Assembly: GCA_963749085.1 (NCBI GenBank)
Contig: CAVVLG010000002.1
Span: 83,178 to 147,177 of the forward strand
From: Candidatus Adlerbacteria bacterium
Lineage (GTDB): Bacteria; Patescibacteriota; Minisyncoccia; Phycocordibacterales; SBAW01
Direction of reading: 5' to 3'
Length of the DNA: 64,000 nucleotides
The notes below the pieces were generated by a model. The model did not search any database. It was not told the DNA's origin and was given only the letters and a program-made list of their open reading frames with translations. The position numbers and the translations under genes were made by a program. Below, in pieces: positions 54,642 to 63,990 of this stretch (its first letter is position 1; every line of letters begins with the position of its first letter).

Positions 54642-57371
54642 TCAACGTAACGCGGAAGCGATTTCTTTCTCTATGTTCTCCCGTGGACGCCCATACAACT
54701 GATAGGACAACTCCCGCATCGCATCAACCTGTTCCATACTTCCCCTCGCGAACGGCAGTGTTTCAATATTAAAGGGAGTTGCCGGTCTACCACCGATGAG
54801 CAAGCGCACAAATGCATTGAAGTTGTCGACCTGCATAAGGTCGCTAGCGGAAAACGGCGGGGAGAACTGTTTTTCCAGAAATTCGGCATCATCTGCTCCG
54901 ACGCGGAAGGCGCACAGGGAGCCGACGTTGCCGAACACCGCATCCCGTATCTCTTCGGTAAGCTGGGCAATGAACTGATGCGCCACGGTAAGCGATAACT
55001 TGTATTTCCGCGCTTCCGACAGAATGGTAGCGATTGAAGGGGTTGCAAAATTCTGGAACTCGTCGATATGGAGATAGAAGGGCGGCAACTCCTTGCCAAA
55101 GGAATCAGCCCTCGAAAGTGCTGCGATTTGAAATTTACCGACGATAACTAGCCCGAGCAAATTGGCGTTGAGATCGCCGATTCGGCCCTTAGCGAGGTTA
55201 ACCAAAAGAATTTTCCGAGTATCCATTATCTCCCTGAAGTTGAATGCAGATTTTTGCTGAGCAATAATCGGACGTACGAAATCGTTGGAGGTGAACTGAT
55301 CGAATTTGCTCGTGACGTATGGACCGTAGTTTTGCAAGCCCTGTTCGCCGGTAGCCTGCTCAGCTATGCCCTCCCAAAACGCTTTTACAATCGGGTTTTT
55401 GCATACAGTCAGTTTGTGGGCGCGAAAAACTGGGTCACTGAATATCCGCCCGATATCAAGGAGCGTGTTGCCGCTTGCCGGATCCTCCATTACGAGGAGC
55501 GCCGCGTTACGGAAGTACTGTAAGAATGCGGGTCCCATACTTTCCGGTATGTCACCAAACAATTTTTGAAAAATACCAATAAGCTCGTCGACGACCAACG
55601 TTTTCTGTTCGGGTCGTGTGACATCGTACTCGAGCATGTTAAGCCCCATCGGTCGCTCAGTGTGTGCCGGATCGAAATAAATAACATCCTGTTGACGCTC
55701 TGGAGGTATAGCGGAGAGAATGTCCAATACGTCAGTGCCATGCGGGTCGATGAAACAAACACCACTGCCGGCGCGGATATCCTGCACCACCATGTTTTTG
55801 AGAAGCGACGATTTGCCGGTGCCGGTTTGGCCCACCAAATAAAAGTGCCGCAATCTATCTTCGGCTTCGATATATACTTTGGTCTCAAGATTGCGGAAAC
55901 GGTTGATGCCAAGCAGAGTACCACCTTTCGGGAGCGTCGAAGGTGCGGGTGCTACCTGACTTTTCTCCTGTTGCAGCTGGGGCGCCGCCACAATGCCGCC
56001 CGGCCGGGGCAAGTGCGCCATGGTCGCAAGCTCAGTTGCAGAAAGGGGGAGTGAGGCGTCCTCATCGAGCGTGCGGTAGGAAAATGCATGAGCGAATTTT
56101 TTAATGCCGCGCGGCGAAATAACTTTAAACCGAAGTGCGTTACCTGCGGTGTCGGTAAATTGTTGAAACGGCGCCTCCAAATCGAGCAAAATGGCCTCTG
56201 CACGCTCCCGTGTCGGGGCCGACGCAACGAGGCGAATATCGGCATGAAGAATAGGACTTTCTATCTTGTGTTCGATATTTTTTATGCGTGGATCGTCGGG
56301 AGGCGGCCGTTTATCCTGCTCAAGTCTTTTATTCGGCCCAAAAAATGAAGCTATTTCTCCCAGTATACGAGGAATTCCCGTCTTAATGTCAGTGGCGCGA
56401 TTGATAGGGAAGCCCGCGCGAATATCCTGCAGAGCGCTCCGATAGCGGGCATCGAGTTCGTGGCCCTGGGGTGACACGACGAATTGCACAGCCGCGCCTT
56501 CGCTGATCTCGTCCAATTTGGAAAACGAATTGAGCAACACATCGAGCGGGTCGTTCGCGAAGGCCTCAAACGTGCGCAGCGAATAAATGCTTCGTGCCGT
56601 GAATGAGGCGCTCGCGGCGGCAATCTCGGCGCCCGGAGCAAACGCATTGTAGTCGTTGTGGCGTTCGGTCAAGCGCGCTGCGGGGTATAGGGAGAGTAGT
56701 TGTTTCTCAAAGAGTGCTTTGCGCGTGCTCGGTACGGCAATATATACCGTCGTGTGCACCAATCCCGCGGGATTGGCTATTTCGAAAGAAAAATATTCGC
56801 CATGTTTGGCATCCATTTGAAGCATGCCGCGGTAGAACTGCTCCATAAGAGAAATCGAGTCACGAATCGTTTTTACTGGATCGGTTGATGTATCATTCTC
56901 CGCAGTTGAGGAAGGAAGCGTTACCTCAAAAAGCGTCAGCGAAAGAGTTTGTCGGAGTGACTTTGTAACCGCGGCTTTGACAGGAAGTCCCTCGCGCACA
57001 TATTCGACCAGCACACGATGAAAATCGTCAGCGAGATGAGGGTTGCCGGTCGATTCAGCCACGGTTATAGCCTTCAAAACCCCTTTTTCTTGTAGGACCT
57101 GAATCAGTTCTCCCATCCGTTCATCGTGCTGCTCTGGGCTAAGTTCCAGCGTAATCATCCCAAGTTTCTCGGGAGAAATAGTTTGGCTTGAAATACTTTT
57201 TTGCCAGTGTTCAGAAACAGTTTGTTGTGCGGCGGCGGCACTGGAATGCTCTTGCGGCACACCCTCCGCTCGCAGCTTTGCTTCAAGCGCCGCTGCTTTA
57301 GCCCGCAGTTCCTGCAGTTCCGTCCGAGCGGCATTACTCGTCGGTACTTCGATAGAACGGGATGTCTCCAT
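54642..57371 (-). CDS. VirD4/TraD/TrwB-like coupling ATPase (HerA/FtsK superfamily)
   Basis: DRLRHFYLVGQTGTGKS, FIDPHG, LHIDEFQNF, LSEARKYKL..AHQ, DAVFGNVG. Confidence 0.9.
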   Translation of the reverse strand: METSRSIEVPTSNAARTELQELRAKAAALEAKLRAEGVPQEHSSAAAAQQTVSEHWQKSISSQTISPEKLGMITLELSPEQHDERMGELIQVLQEKGVLKAITVAESTGNPHLADDFHRVLVEYVREGLPVKAAVTKSLRQTLSLTLFEVTLPSSTAENDTSTDPVKTIRDSISLMEQFYRGMLQMDAKHGEYFSFEIANPAGLVHTTVYIAVPSTRKALFEKQLLSLYPAARLTERHNDYNAFAPGAEIAAASASFTARSIYSLRTFEAFANDPLDVLLNSFSKLDEISEGAAVQFVVSPQGHELDARYRSALQDIRAGFPINRATDIKTGIPRILGEIASFFGPNKRLEQDKRPPPDDPRIKNIEHKIESPILHADIRLVASAPTRERAEAILLDLEAPFQQFTDTAGNALRFKVISPRGIKKFAHAFSYRTLDEDASLPLSATELATMAHLPRPGGIVAAPQLQQEKSQVAPAPSTLPKGGTLLGINRFRNLETKVYIEAEDRLRHFYLVGQTGTGKSSLLKNMVVQDIRAGSGVCFIDPHGTDVLDILSAIPPERQQDVIYFDPAHTERPMGLNMLEYDVTRPEQKTLVVDELIGIFQKLFGDIPESMGPAFLQYFRNAALLVMEDPASGNTLLDIGRIFSDPVFRAHKLTVCKNPIVKAFWEGIAEQATGEQGLQNYGPYVTSKFDQFTSNDFVRPIIAQQKSAFNFREIMDTRKILLVNLAKGRIGDLNANLLGLVIVGKFQIAALSRADSFGKELPPFYLHIDEFQNFATPSIATILSEARKYKLSLTVAHQFIAQLTEEIRDAVFGNVGSLCAFRVGADDAEFLEKQFSPPFSASDLMQVDNFNAFVRLLIGGRPATPFNIETLPFARGSMEQVDAMRELSYQLYGRPRENIEKEIASALR

Positions 57372-57438
57372 ATGAGGGAAGTATAACAGTCTCTCCTACC
57401 CCACAAAGCTCTTTTTCTGATAAACTGGGAGCATAGGT

Positions 57439-58566
57439 ATGAAGATTTTATTCACCGGGGGAGGATCAGGAGGACATTTTTACCCCATAATTGCCGTAGC
57501 GGAAGCCGTAAACGACCTCGTGCGAGAGAGAAAGCTTCTTGAACCGCAGCTCTATTACGCGGCGCCCGAGCCCTATGATCGAGAGATGCTGGTGGCACAA
57601 AATATCATGTTCGTCCCCACTGCGGCGGGAAAGATTCGCAACTATTTCTCCGTCCTCAATTTTTTCGATTATTTCAAAACAGGGTGGGGGACCTTCCGTT
57701 CGGTACTGCGCATTTTCTTTCTCTACCCCGATGTGGTATTCGGCAAAGGAGGTTACGTGAGTTTCCCGACGTTGCTTGCCGCAAAGTTGTTCCGCATACC
57801 GGTTGTCATCCACGAGTCTGATGCCGATCCAGGCCGTGTAAATCGCTGGGCCGGAAAGTTTGCTCAAAAAATTGCGATTTCCTATCCGGAAGCCGCGCAC
57901 TACTTCCCGAAAGAAAAAGTCGCTTTTACCGGCAACCCCGTGCGCAAAGCGGCGCTATTCCCGGCGCGCGAGGGCGCGTTCGAGTTTCTTAAACTCAAAC
58001 ACGATATACCGGTCATCTTTATCACCGGTGGCTCACAGGGAGCACAAGCCATAAACGAATGCGTGCTTGAGGCTCTTCCACAGCTCATTGAGAAATATCA
58101 GCTAGTGCACCAGACCGGCGAGGAGAATTTCAAGGAGGTCGAGGGCAGAGCGAAGGTCGTTCTTGAAAATTCTCTCCATGCGGATCGCTACAAGCCGTTC
58201 GGCTATCTCAACGATCTTGCCATGCGCATGAGCGCGGGTGCCGCAGCTCTGGTCATCTCGCGCGCGGGCTCAACCATCTTCGAGATAGCCGGGTGGGGGC
58301 TACCGTCGATAATCATTCCCATACCGGAGCCCATCTCGCACGACCAGACGAAGAATGCGTTCGCCTACGCGCGCTCGGGTGCGTGCGTAGTTATCGAGCA
58401 GAACAATCTGACTCCCGGTCTCCTCGCTGCAGAGATACAGAGAATTTTGGACAAACCAGAATCCGTGCATAAGATGGCCGAAGCCGCGCGCGCATTTGCT
58501 CGGCCCGATGCTGCCAAAGCGATAGCCAACGCGCTCATTGATATTGCTCTCTCCCATGAAGTCTGA
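57439..58566 (+). CDS. murG: MurG glycosyltransferase
   Basis: TGGGSGGH, KGGYVS, HESD, GNPVR, GGSQGA, DQTKNA. Confidence 0.96.
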   Translation: MKILFTGGGSGGHFYPIIAVAEAVNDLVRERKLLEPQLYYAAPEPYDREMLVAQNIMFVPTAAGKIRNYFSVLNFFDYFKTGWGTFRSVLRIFFLYPDVVFGKGGYVSFPTLLAAKLFRIPVVIHESDADPGRVNRWAGKFAQKIAISYPEAAHYFPKEKVAFTGNPVRKAALFPAREGAFEFLKLKHDIPVIFITGGSQGAQAINECVLEALPQLIEKYQLVHQTGEENFKEVEGRAKVVLENSLHADRYKPFGYLNDLAMRMSAGAAALVISRAGSTIFEIAGWGLPSIIIPIPEPISHDQTKNAFAYARSGACVVIEQNNLTPGLLAAEIQRILDKPESVHKMAEAARAFARPDAAKAIANALIDIALSHEV

Positions 58567-59857
58567 CCCCGTCACGCGATTTGCGCCGTCGCCAACCGGC
58601 AATCTCAATTTAGGCGCTGTGCGCGCGGGTATTTTTGCTTATTTGTTCGCCCGACACGCCAAAGGCACCTTTATTGTACGCATCGAAGATACGGATAAGG
58701 AGCGATCAAAGAAGGAGTACGAGAAGGATATTTTGGATTCGCTGAAATGGCTCGGCATAGAGTACGATACCCTCTACCGACAAAGCGATCACGCCACGAG
58801 GCACGAGGAGCTGCTGCGCACACTCATAGCTGAAGATAAGGCGTATGTGTCCAAAGAAACTCCGCAGGAGGAAGGAGGAAGGGAGGAGGTCATACGCTTC
58901 CGCAATCCAAACAAGACACTTAACTTTACTGATCTGGTGCGCGGGGACATTAGTTTCGACACCACTGAACTGAAGGACTTTATCATTGCCAGAAGTCTTA
59001 CCGAGCCGGTGTTTCATTTCGCCGTGGTCGTAGACGACTGGGATGAAGGCGTAACTCATGTCATACGCGGGGAAGATCATATTTCAAACACGCCGCGCCA
59101 GATACTCATACAAGAAGCGCTCGGAGCTCCCCGGCCGCAGTACGCTCACCTGCCGCTTATCTTGGGGAGCGACGGTACCAAGCTCTCTAAGCGCAAAGGC
59201 GCTAAAGCCATAAGTGAATATCGCGAGATGGGGTATCTGCCTGAAGCCATTTTGAATTATGATGCGCTGCTCGGCTGGCATCCAGGAGATGATCAGGAAA
59301 TCTTAAACAAACAGCAGCTTATCGACAGATTTACGCTAGAGCGGGTGCAAAAAAGCCCCGCGACGTTTGATGACACCAAGCTGCTGTGGTTTAACCGTGA
59401 ACATTTAAAATTATTCTCTGAGGACGAGTTCGCACAACGCCTGGAGACTTTTAGTGGCAAAGAAATTGACGAGCGTCTGGTGCCCCTCTTGCGTGAGCGC
59501 TCGCAGACTCTTAAAGGAGCAGCGGACGCCCTTGAGGGGGGAGAATATGACTTTCTTGGCACGGTAGCAGTGAATAAAGAATTACTGCTTAAAGGAGCAA
59601 AGACCGATACTGCATTGGCAAAGAAACACCTTCAAACAGTTTCTGAGCTTCTCGAGCCGCTTAAGGACTTTACACCGGAGCACATAAAGGGCGTCGTATT
59701 CCCCTATGCGACCGAGCAGGGGAGGGCATCCGTATTGTGGCCCCTGCGGGTTGCTCTTTCGGGGAGGGAGAAGTCGCCCGATCCGTTCACTTTGGCCGCT
59801 CTTATAGGCAAAAAAGAAGCTCTGAAGCGCATACAAGAGGCTGTTTTAGCCCTTTAG
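58556..59857 (+). CDS. gltX: glutamate--tRNA ligase
   Basis: TRFAPSPTG, RIEDTD, THVIRGEDH, KLSKR, PLRVALSG. Confidence 0.96.
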   Translation: MKSDPVTRFAPSPTGNLNLGAVRAGIFAYLFARHAKGTFIVRIEDTDKERSKKEYEKDILDSLKWLGIEYDTLYRQSDHATRHEELLRTLIAEDKAYVSKETPQEEGGREEVIRFRNPNKTLNFTDLVRGDISFDTTELKDFIIARSLTEPVFHFAVVVDDWDEGVTHVIRGEDHISNTPRQILIQEALGAPRPQYAHLPLILGSDGTKLSKRKGAKAISEYREMGYLPEAILNYDALLGWHPGDDQEILNKQQLIDRFTLERVQKSPATFDDTKLLWFNREHLKLFSEDEFAQRLETFSGKEIDERLVPLLRERSQTLKGAADALEGGEYDFLGTVAVNKELLLKGAKTDTALAKKHLQTVSELLEPLKDFTPEHIKGVVFPYATEQGRASVLWPLRVALSGREKSPDPFTLAALIGKKEALKRIQEAVLAL

Positions 59858-59956
59858 TCATTATCCCCACCCATCTCTTTTAATCGCCCGCCAAAGAGCC
59901 ATACTTATGGGGCGGGGCGGTCGAGCCGCGGTAACATTTCCCTACAATACTCAATT

Positions 59957-60187
59957 ATGAAAGCACTCCATATGATAGCGTTTATCCTCCTTGTCATCGG
60001 GGGACTTAACTGGGGCCTTATCGGCCTTGGCGGTTTTGCCGGCGCTAACTGGAACGTTATTGATTTGATTCTTGGTTCGTGGCCGTCGATAGAATGGATT
60101 GTCTATGTCCTGGTAGGTCTCTCAGCAATTTGGCTTGCGGTGACCCACATGAAGGACTGCAAGACGTGCTCAATGAAAAGCATGTAA
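59957..60187 (+). CDS. DUF378-family small membrane protein
   Basis: LLVIGGLNWGLIG...IVYVLVGLSA. Confidence 0.9.
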   Translation: MKALHMIAFILLVIGGLNWGLIGLGGFAGANWNVIDLILGSWPSIEWIVYVLVGLSAIWLAVTHMKDCKTCSMKSM

Positions 60188-60210
60188 ATTTAGTTTTTTC
60201 GCATCATACA

Positions 60211-60244
60211 AAAAACTCCCCTTTGATTGGGGATTTTTTGTTTT
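60211..60244. terminator. bidirectional terminator
   Basis: AAAAACTCCCC...GGGGATTTTTT between convergent genes. Confidence 0.6.
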
Positions 60245-60268
60245 GAGACAAAAAGAACCGCCGGAGAG

Positions 60269-61507
60269 TTAGACTCCGGCGGCAATGCCATCGTGCACTT
60301 GCTCACCTCCACCAACAATAGAGACGAGGTGTGCGGCTATGTTGCCCCGTTCGCGAGCTAGCGTAAGGGTGGGGGCTATATTAACCACATTCAACACTCT
60401 TCCCTTATTGCCGGCCCGGTATAACCGAGTACCGGGAATCTGCAAGGCGAATTCCGTGCCGTGGAATCCACTTATTTCTTCAGAGTGTTCGGGATAGCCG
60501 CGAGAAGCAATCACGAAACACACGGCGGCGGATTTTTTCCAACGCAATGGCTTCATCTTCGAGAGGCCGCCGAACTCGGTACAGGCACAAAGATAGGGAA
60601 GTAGATCACTCTTAAGCCTGGGCAGCAGTACCTGTGCTTCGGGATCGCCAAATCTCGCGTTGACCTCCAGAAGCTTTGGGCCTTCATTCGTTACCATGAT
60701 GCCCGCATAGAGGACACCGTGATATGGCGTGCCTTCCTGACGCATGGCGTAGAGAAGCCGGTCAATTATTGTTCTTTTTATCTCCCTTAAGAGTTTACGA
60801 CTCACCCCTCGGACAACAGGAGAAAAGGCTCCCATGCCGCCGGTCATCAGTTTAGAACCTGGGAGCGTTTTGTAATCTCGGACAAGCTCCAGGAGCATGC
60901 TCCGTTTCCCGTCGCACAAGGCGGTGACCGACAACTCGTACCCGTATAGCTTGCATTCAATCACAATAGGTTCTACGGACAGAGTGTCCCCAAGTTCCTC
61001 TCGTGCGTCTGCAATAGCCTCCTCGATACTGTCGGGCATTTTCACCCCTTTGCCGTCACGCAGACCATCCGCTTTTATCACCACTGGGTATAAACGGTGG
61101 ATTAGTTCCTCCGCGCGCATCATATCGCGTGCGGTACCATAGTCCGCCGTAGGAATACCGTAGCGCCAGCAAATGAGCTTGCATCGCGCCTTGCTGCCTT
61201 CCAATTGCGCCGCTCCCTGAGACGGACTGAAGATGGAAAGTCCTTGGCGGGTGAATAGATCAGCAATGCCCTGTACGACTGGGCGATCTGGTCCAACGAC
61301 TGTAAACTTCACCTTCTCTTTTCTTGCCAGCCGAAGCAATCCTAAAAGATCGGTAGACTCAACTGGCCGTCTGTCTTTTTCTGGAATACCAGCGTTGCCG
61401 GGAGCAACAATAACCTCTCTTTTTCCATTTCTGGAAAGAGCGGGGTACATGGCATGCTCGCGGCCTCCAGAACCCACGAGCATAATTTTCTCGCGTTTCT
61501 TTAGCAT
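60269..61507 (-). CDS. purD: phosphoribosylamine--glycine ligase
   Basis: GSGGREHA, APGNAG, AQLEGSK, VIKADGL..GKGV, MTGGMGAFSP, LEVNARFGDPE. Confidence 0.92.
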   Translation of the reverse strand: MLKKREKIMLVGSGGREHAMYPALSRNGKREVIVAPGNAGIPEKDRRPVESTDLLGLLRLARKEKVKFTVVGPDRPVVQGIADLFTRQGLSIFSPSQGAAQLEGSKARCKLICWRYGIPTADYGTARDMMRAEELIHRLYPVVIKADGLRDGKGVKMPDSIEEAIADAREELGDTLSVEPIVIECKLYGYELSVTALCDGKRSMLLELVRDYKTLPGSKLMTGGMGAFSPVVRGVSRKLLREIKRTIIDRLLYAMRQEGTPYHGVLYAGIMVTNEGPKLLEVNARFGDPEAQVLLPRLKSDLLPYLCACTEFGGLSKMKPLRWKKSAAVCFVIASRGYPEHSEEISGFHGTEFALQIPGTRLYRAGNKGRVLNVVNIAPTLTLARERGNIAAHLVSIVGGGEQVHDGIAAGV

Positions 61508-61553
61508 CAGATTTCTCCTCGTCTCAAGCAACTACTTCTGTATTAAATATACT

Positions 61554-62240
61554 TTACTTCTTAGAGCTTGACCATTCCTCAAGCTTCATTGCAGTCGTCT
61601 CTATCTTAGCCGCTGGACGGAGAATCTTTATTAGATTCTTCGGTACGGCAGGGGAGTGAGGTGAGGCATCCAAGTCTTCAGCCAGCCAATCGAGGTTTTT
61701 GGACTGCAATAATCGGGCAGGAGAATATCGGCGGAGATTAAATGGTTGAGAATATGTGCGGAGTGTTTTTTTGCCCAGATTTTTTTTATTCACTTTATGA
61801 TGTATGTCGTTCCATAAATAATACTCATGAAAATATGACATGGCTAACTCACGTGGACTTTGATAGACAGGATCGCGCCATCGCAATACTGGATGATTTG
61901 TTTTGCTAATCGCACCCCAGTATTTCCCTTCTTTAAAAATCGCCACTACATGATCCTCATCATCTTGGGTGGTTTGAAAATCCATAACCAACGGCTCCCT
62001 GCCGTGATAGGCGAGGGCAGTGGTCGCCAGTATCGCCCCCTCTATGCATTGAGCTTTCTTGCCCTTCAGCACCTGACGTGGGGTCTGTATCCCCTCCCTC
62101 CCGGTGGGGAAGTTCTCAGGAATACTATCTAGAAAATCTTGGATCTTTTTTGGAGAAAATAATTTATCAAGTATCCGCCGTTCGGCTGAGGAGAACTCCT
62201 CACGGAGTCTTGTTTGATATAAAAGTAATACTTTGTCCAT
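61554..62240 (-). CDS. transglutaminase-like cysteine-protease-fold hypothetical protein
   Basis: AQCIEGA, DHVVA, WGAISKTNH..LRWRDPVY...ELAMSYFHEY. Confidence 0.75.
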   Translation of the reverse strand: MDKVLLLYQTRLREEFSSAERRILDKLFSPKKIQDFLDSIPENFPTGREGIQTPRQVLKGKKAQCIEGAILATTALAYHGREPLVMDFQTTQDDEDHVVAIFKEGKYWGAISKTNHPVLRWRDPVYQSPRELAMSYFHEYYLWNDIHHKVNKKNLGKKTLRTYSQPFNLRRYSPARLLQSKNLDWLAEDLDASPHSPAVPKNLIKILRPAAKIETTAMKLEEWSSSKK

Positions 62241-62462
62241 GTCTGTGTTGCTGGGGTAGCCGAGGTTATAGGTCGCACAATATACCTTTTGCGACACTTA
62301 ATACTAGCGTCGTTAAGGCATTAAACATCCATTATAATACGATCTAAATTGTCTCCTACGTCTCCTGAGCAATATCTTTCGCAACATAGCGGCTATGAGG
62401 TTATAATCCCGTTTGTAGCATTACTCTTCTCTTGGTGTTTGGTATACTAAAAACCCAAACCT

Positions 62463-62744
62463 ATGCCCTTAGAACGAATTTTGAACGAGATTTTAAACGT
62501 TAATGGTGAGACGGCCTGGATTTCCGTAGAAGGTCTTTACTCATTAAATGAAGTCACCGTGCCACGATATGCAACTCCACCAGGAAGTGTTGCTGGACTG
62601 CTTCAAATCAATCCTATTCGTAGACTCAACTTTAACCCCAATCAGGGGCTAGTTATAAAAGCCTTTATAAATACACGCACAGGAGAGATAAAAACATTCT
62701 TGGCAAAAAATATAGCCGACTTACCAGAAAGAGGACTATTATAG
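62463..62744 (+). CDS. hypothetical protein (93 aa)
   Basis: AT-rich ORF downstream of TATACT. Confidence 0.6.
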   Translation: MPLERILNEILNVNGETAWISVEGLYSLNEVTVPRYATPPGSVAGLLQINPIRRLNFNPNQGLVIKAFINTRTGEIKTFLAKNIADLPERGLL

Positions 62745-62746
62745 AT

Positions 62747-63040
62747 ATGGTTGAAGAACTTAAAAAGAGAGCTGCCGAATCCAAGGGAAAAGAAACGGTG
62801 GAAAGAAGCGAATTTGAGGCTGTCATTGAAGCTTTAAATAGAAACCACAATCTTGTTCTTGGATTAACCGTTGGGGTTATTGTTGTTATGCTTGTACTCT
62901 TGATCACGTTAGTAATTCAATCGTTTGACGGGAGTGAGGCTTCTTACCAGAATTTGAATAATCAAATTGCAGAACAAAATGCTAAAATAGATGAGATGTA
63001 CACCATCCTCCAACTTGATTACGCCAATAAGAATCCCTAA
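62747..63040 (+). CDS. single-TM hypothetical protein
   Basis: AGGA SD, one TM, short coiled coil. Confidence 0.6.
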   Translation: MVEELKKRAAESKGKETVERSEFEAVIEALNRNHNLVLGLTVGVIVVMLVLLITLVIQSFDGSEASYQNLNNQIAEQNAKIDEMYTILQLDYANKNP

Positions 63041-63108
63041 TTTCTCGCCTATCGGAGGGGGAGTGATTCCCCTATTACCAGTGTCAACTTAGGGGGTATA
63101 ATTGGGAC

Positions 63109-63573
63109 ATGACTAAGACACGGGGGTGGCTTCTCGTGGGTGTGCTGGCAGTGATAATCGTTGGGGTTTACTTTGCAGATCAGAGTCAAAGCTCACCTCC
63201 ATACACGGTGTACCCTGTCTTTTGCGAGGACTGGGGAAACAACCCGCCAGCGGTAGAAGATTTTGCCAATTGCCAAAAGCTGTATGCTTATCCGCGAGAA
63301 ACTTTCACCCTCGATGAAAGTAAAAACCAAATTACAGAAATTTCTCCTGATAGTTCCAGTTTCTATGTCTTAAACAATTGCACTATTGTAGATACAGAAC
63401 ATTGGGAGTGCAGAGGAAATAATGATTTTTTTGGTGAAGTGTCGCCAAGTAGAAATGGGGATAACTTCAGCGAAAATGCTGATGACGGAGGGCCATTCAA
63501 TACTATTTTTGCAACACAAGCGCAATGGGATTCCATAAATAATGGACTTCCTAGCTTACCGCAGGGTAGTTAA
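63109..63573 (+). CDS. membrane-anchored/secreted Cys-containing hypothetical protein
   Basis: N-terminal TM, 4 Cys, NCTIVDTEHWEC; TATAAT 6 nt before the ATG. Confidence 0.7.
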   Translation: MTKTRGWLLVGVLAVIIVGVYFADQSQSSPPYTVYPVFCEDWGNNPPAVEDFANCQKLYAYPRETFTLDESKNQITEISPDSSSFYVLNNCTIVDTEHWECRGNNDFFGEVSPSRNGDNFSENADDGGPFNTIFATQAQWDSINNGLPSLPQGS

Positions 63574-63612
63574 AGTGACAGTTATCTGTGTTTAATACGT
63601 TACAATGAACCT

Positions 63613-63990
63613 ATGTACCGTTGGTCCGATATCTTTGCCCCGCTCATCGGGCGAATACTCGTGGGCGGCTACTTCTTATGGAACGGTATAGAAACTACGC
63701 TCAACTTCCCTGCTGCCGTAGCTAAAATCGCAGCCACTACTACGCCAGACCCAATTGTCGCCACCGTTATATTCATCGCTATACAGGTACTCGGCGGCAT
63801 AGTGCTGGTCGTAGGCTTCAAAACACGCTCCGTAGCCCTCATTCTCGCTCTCTACACCATCGCAACGGCAGTTGCATATACAGACTTCTCAAACGATCTA
63901 CAGCAAGCGCTGTTTCTGCAAAGCATAGCGGTCATCGGCGGCCTTCTGTATATCTCGGCATTCGGCTCGGGACTTTGGGCCATGGAGTGA
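63613..63990 (+). CDS. DoxX-family membrane protein
   Basis: LIGRILVG..F, GGIVLVVGFKTR, IGGLLYI..FGSG.W. Confidence 0.9.
   Translation: MYRWSDIFAPLIGRILVGGYFLWNGIETTLNFPAAVAKIAATTTPDPIVATVIFIAIQVLGGIVLVVGFKTRSVALILALYTIATAVAYTDFSNDLQQALFLQSIAVIGGLLYISAFGSGLWAME

Noticed and set aside
54642-57371. Conjugative element / ICE
   Set aside because: No relaxase, VirB4, integrase or att repeats nearby; flanked by housekeeping genes.
62248-62272. Second tRNA-Gln-like 3' end on the minus strand (CCTCGGCTACCCCAGCA)
   Set aside because: It lacks the TTCGA T-loop and the CCA end; too weak to call.
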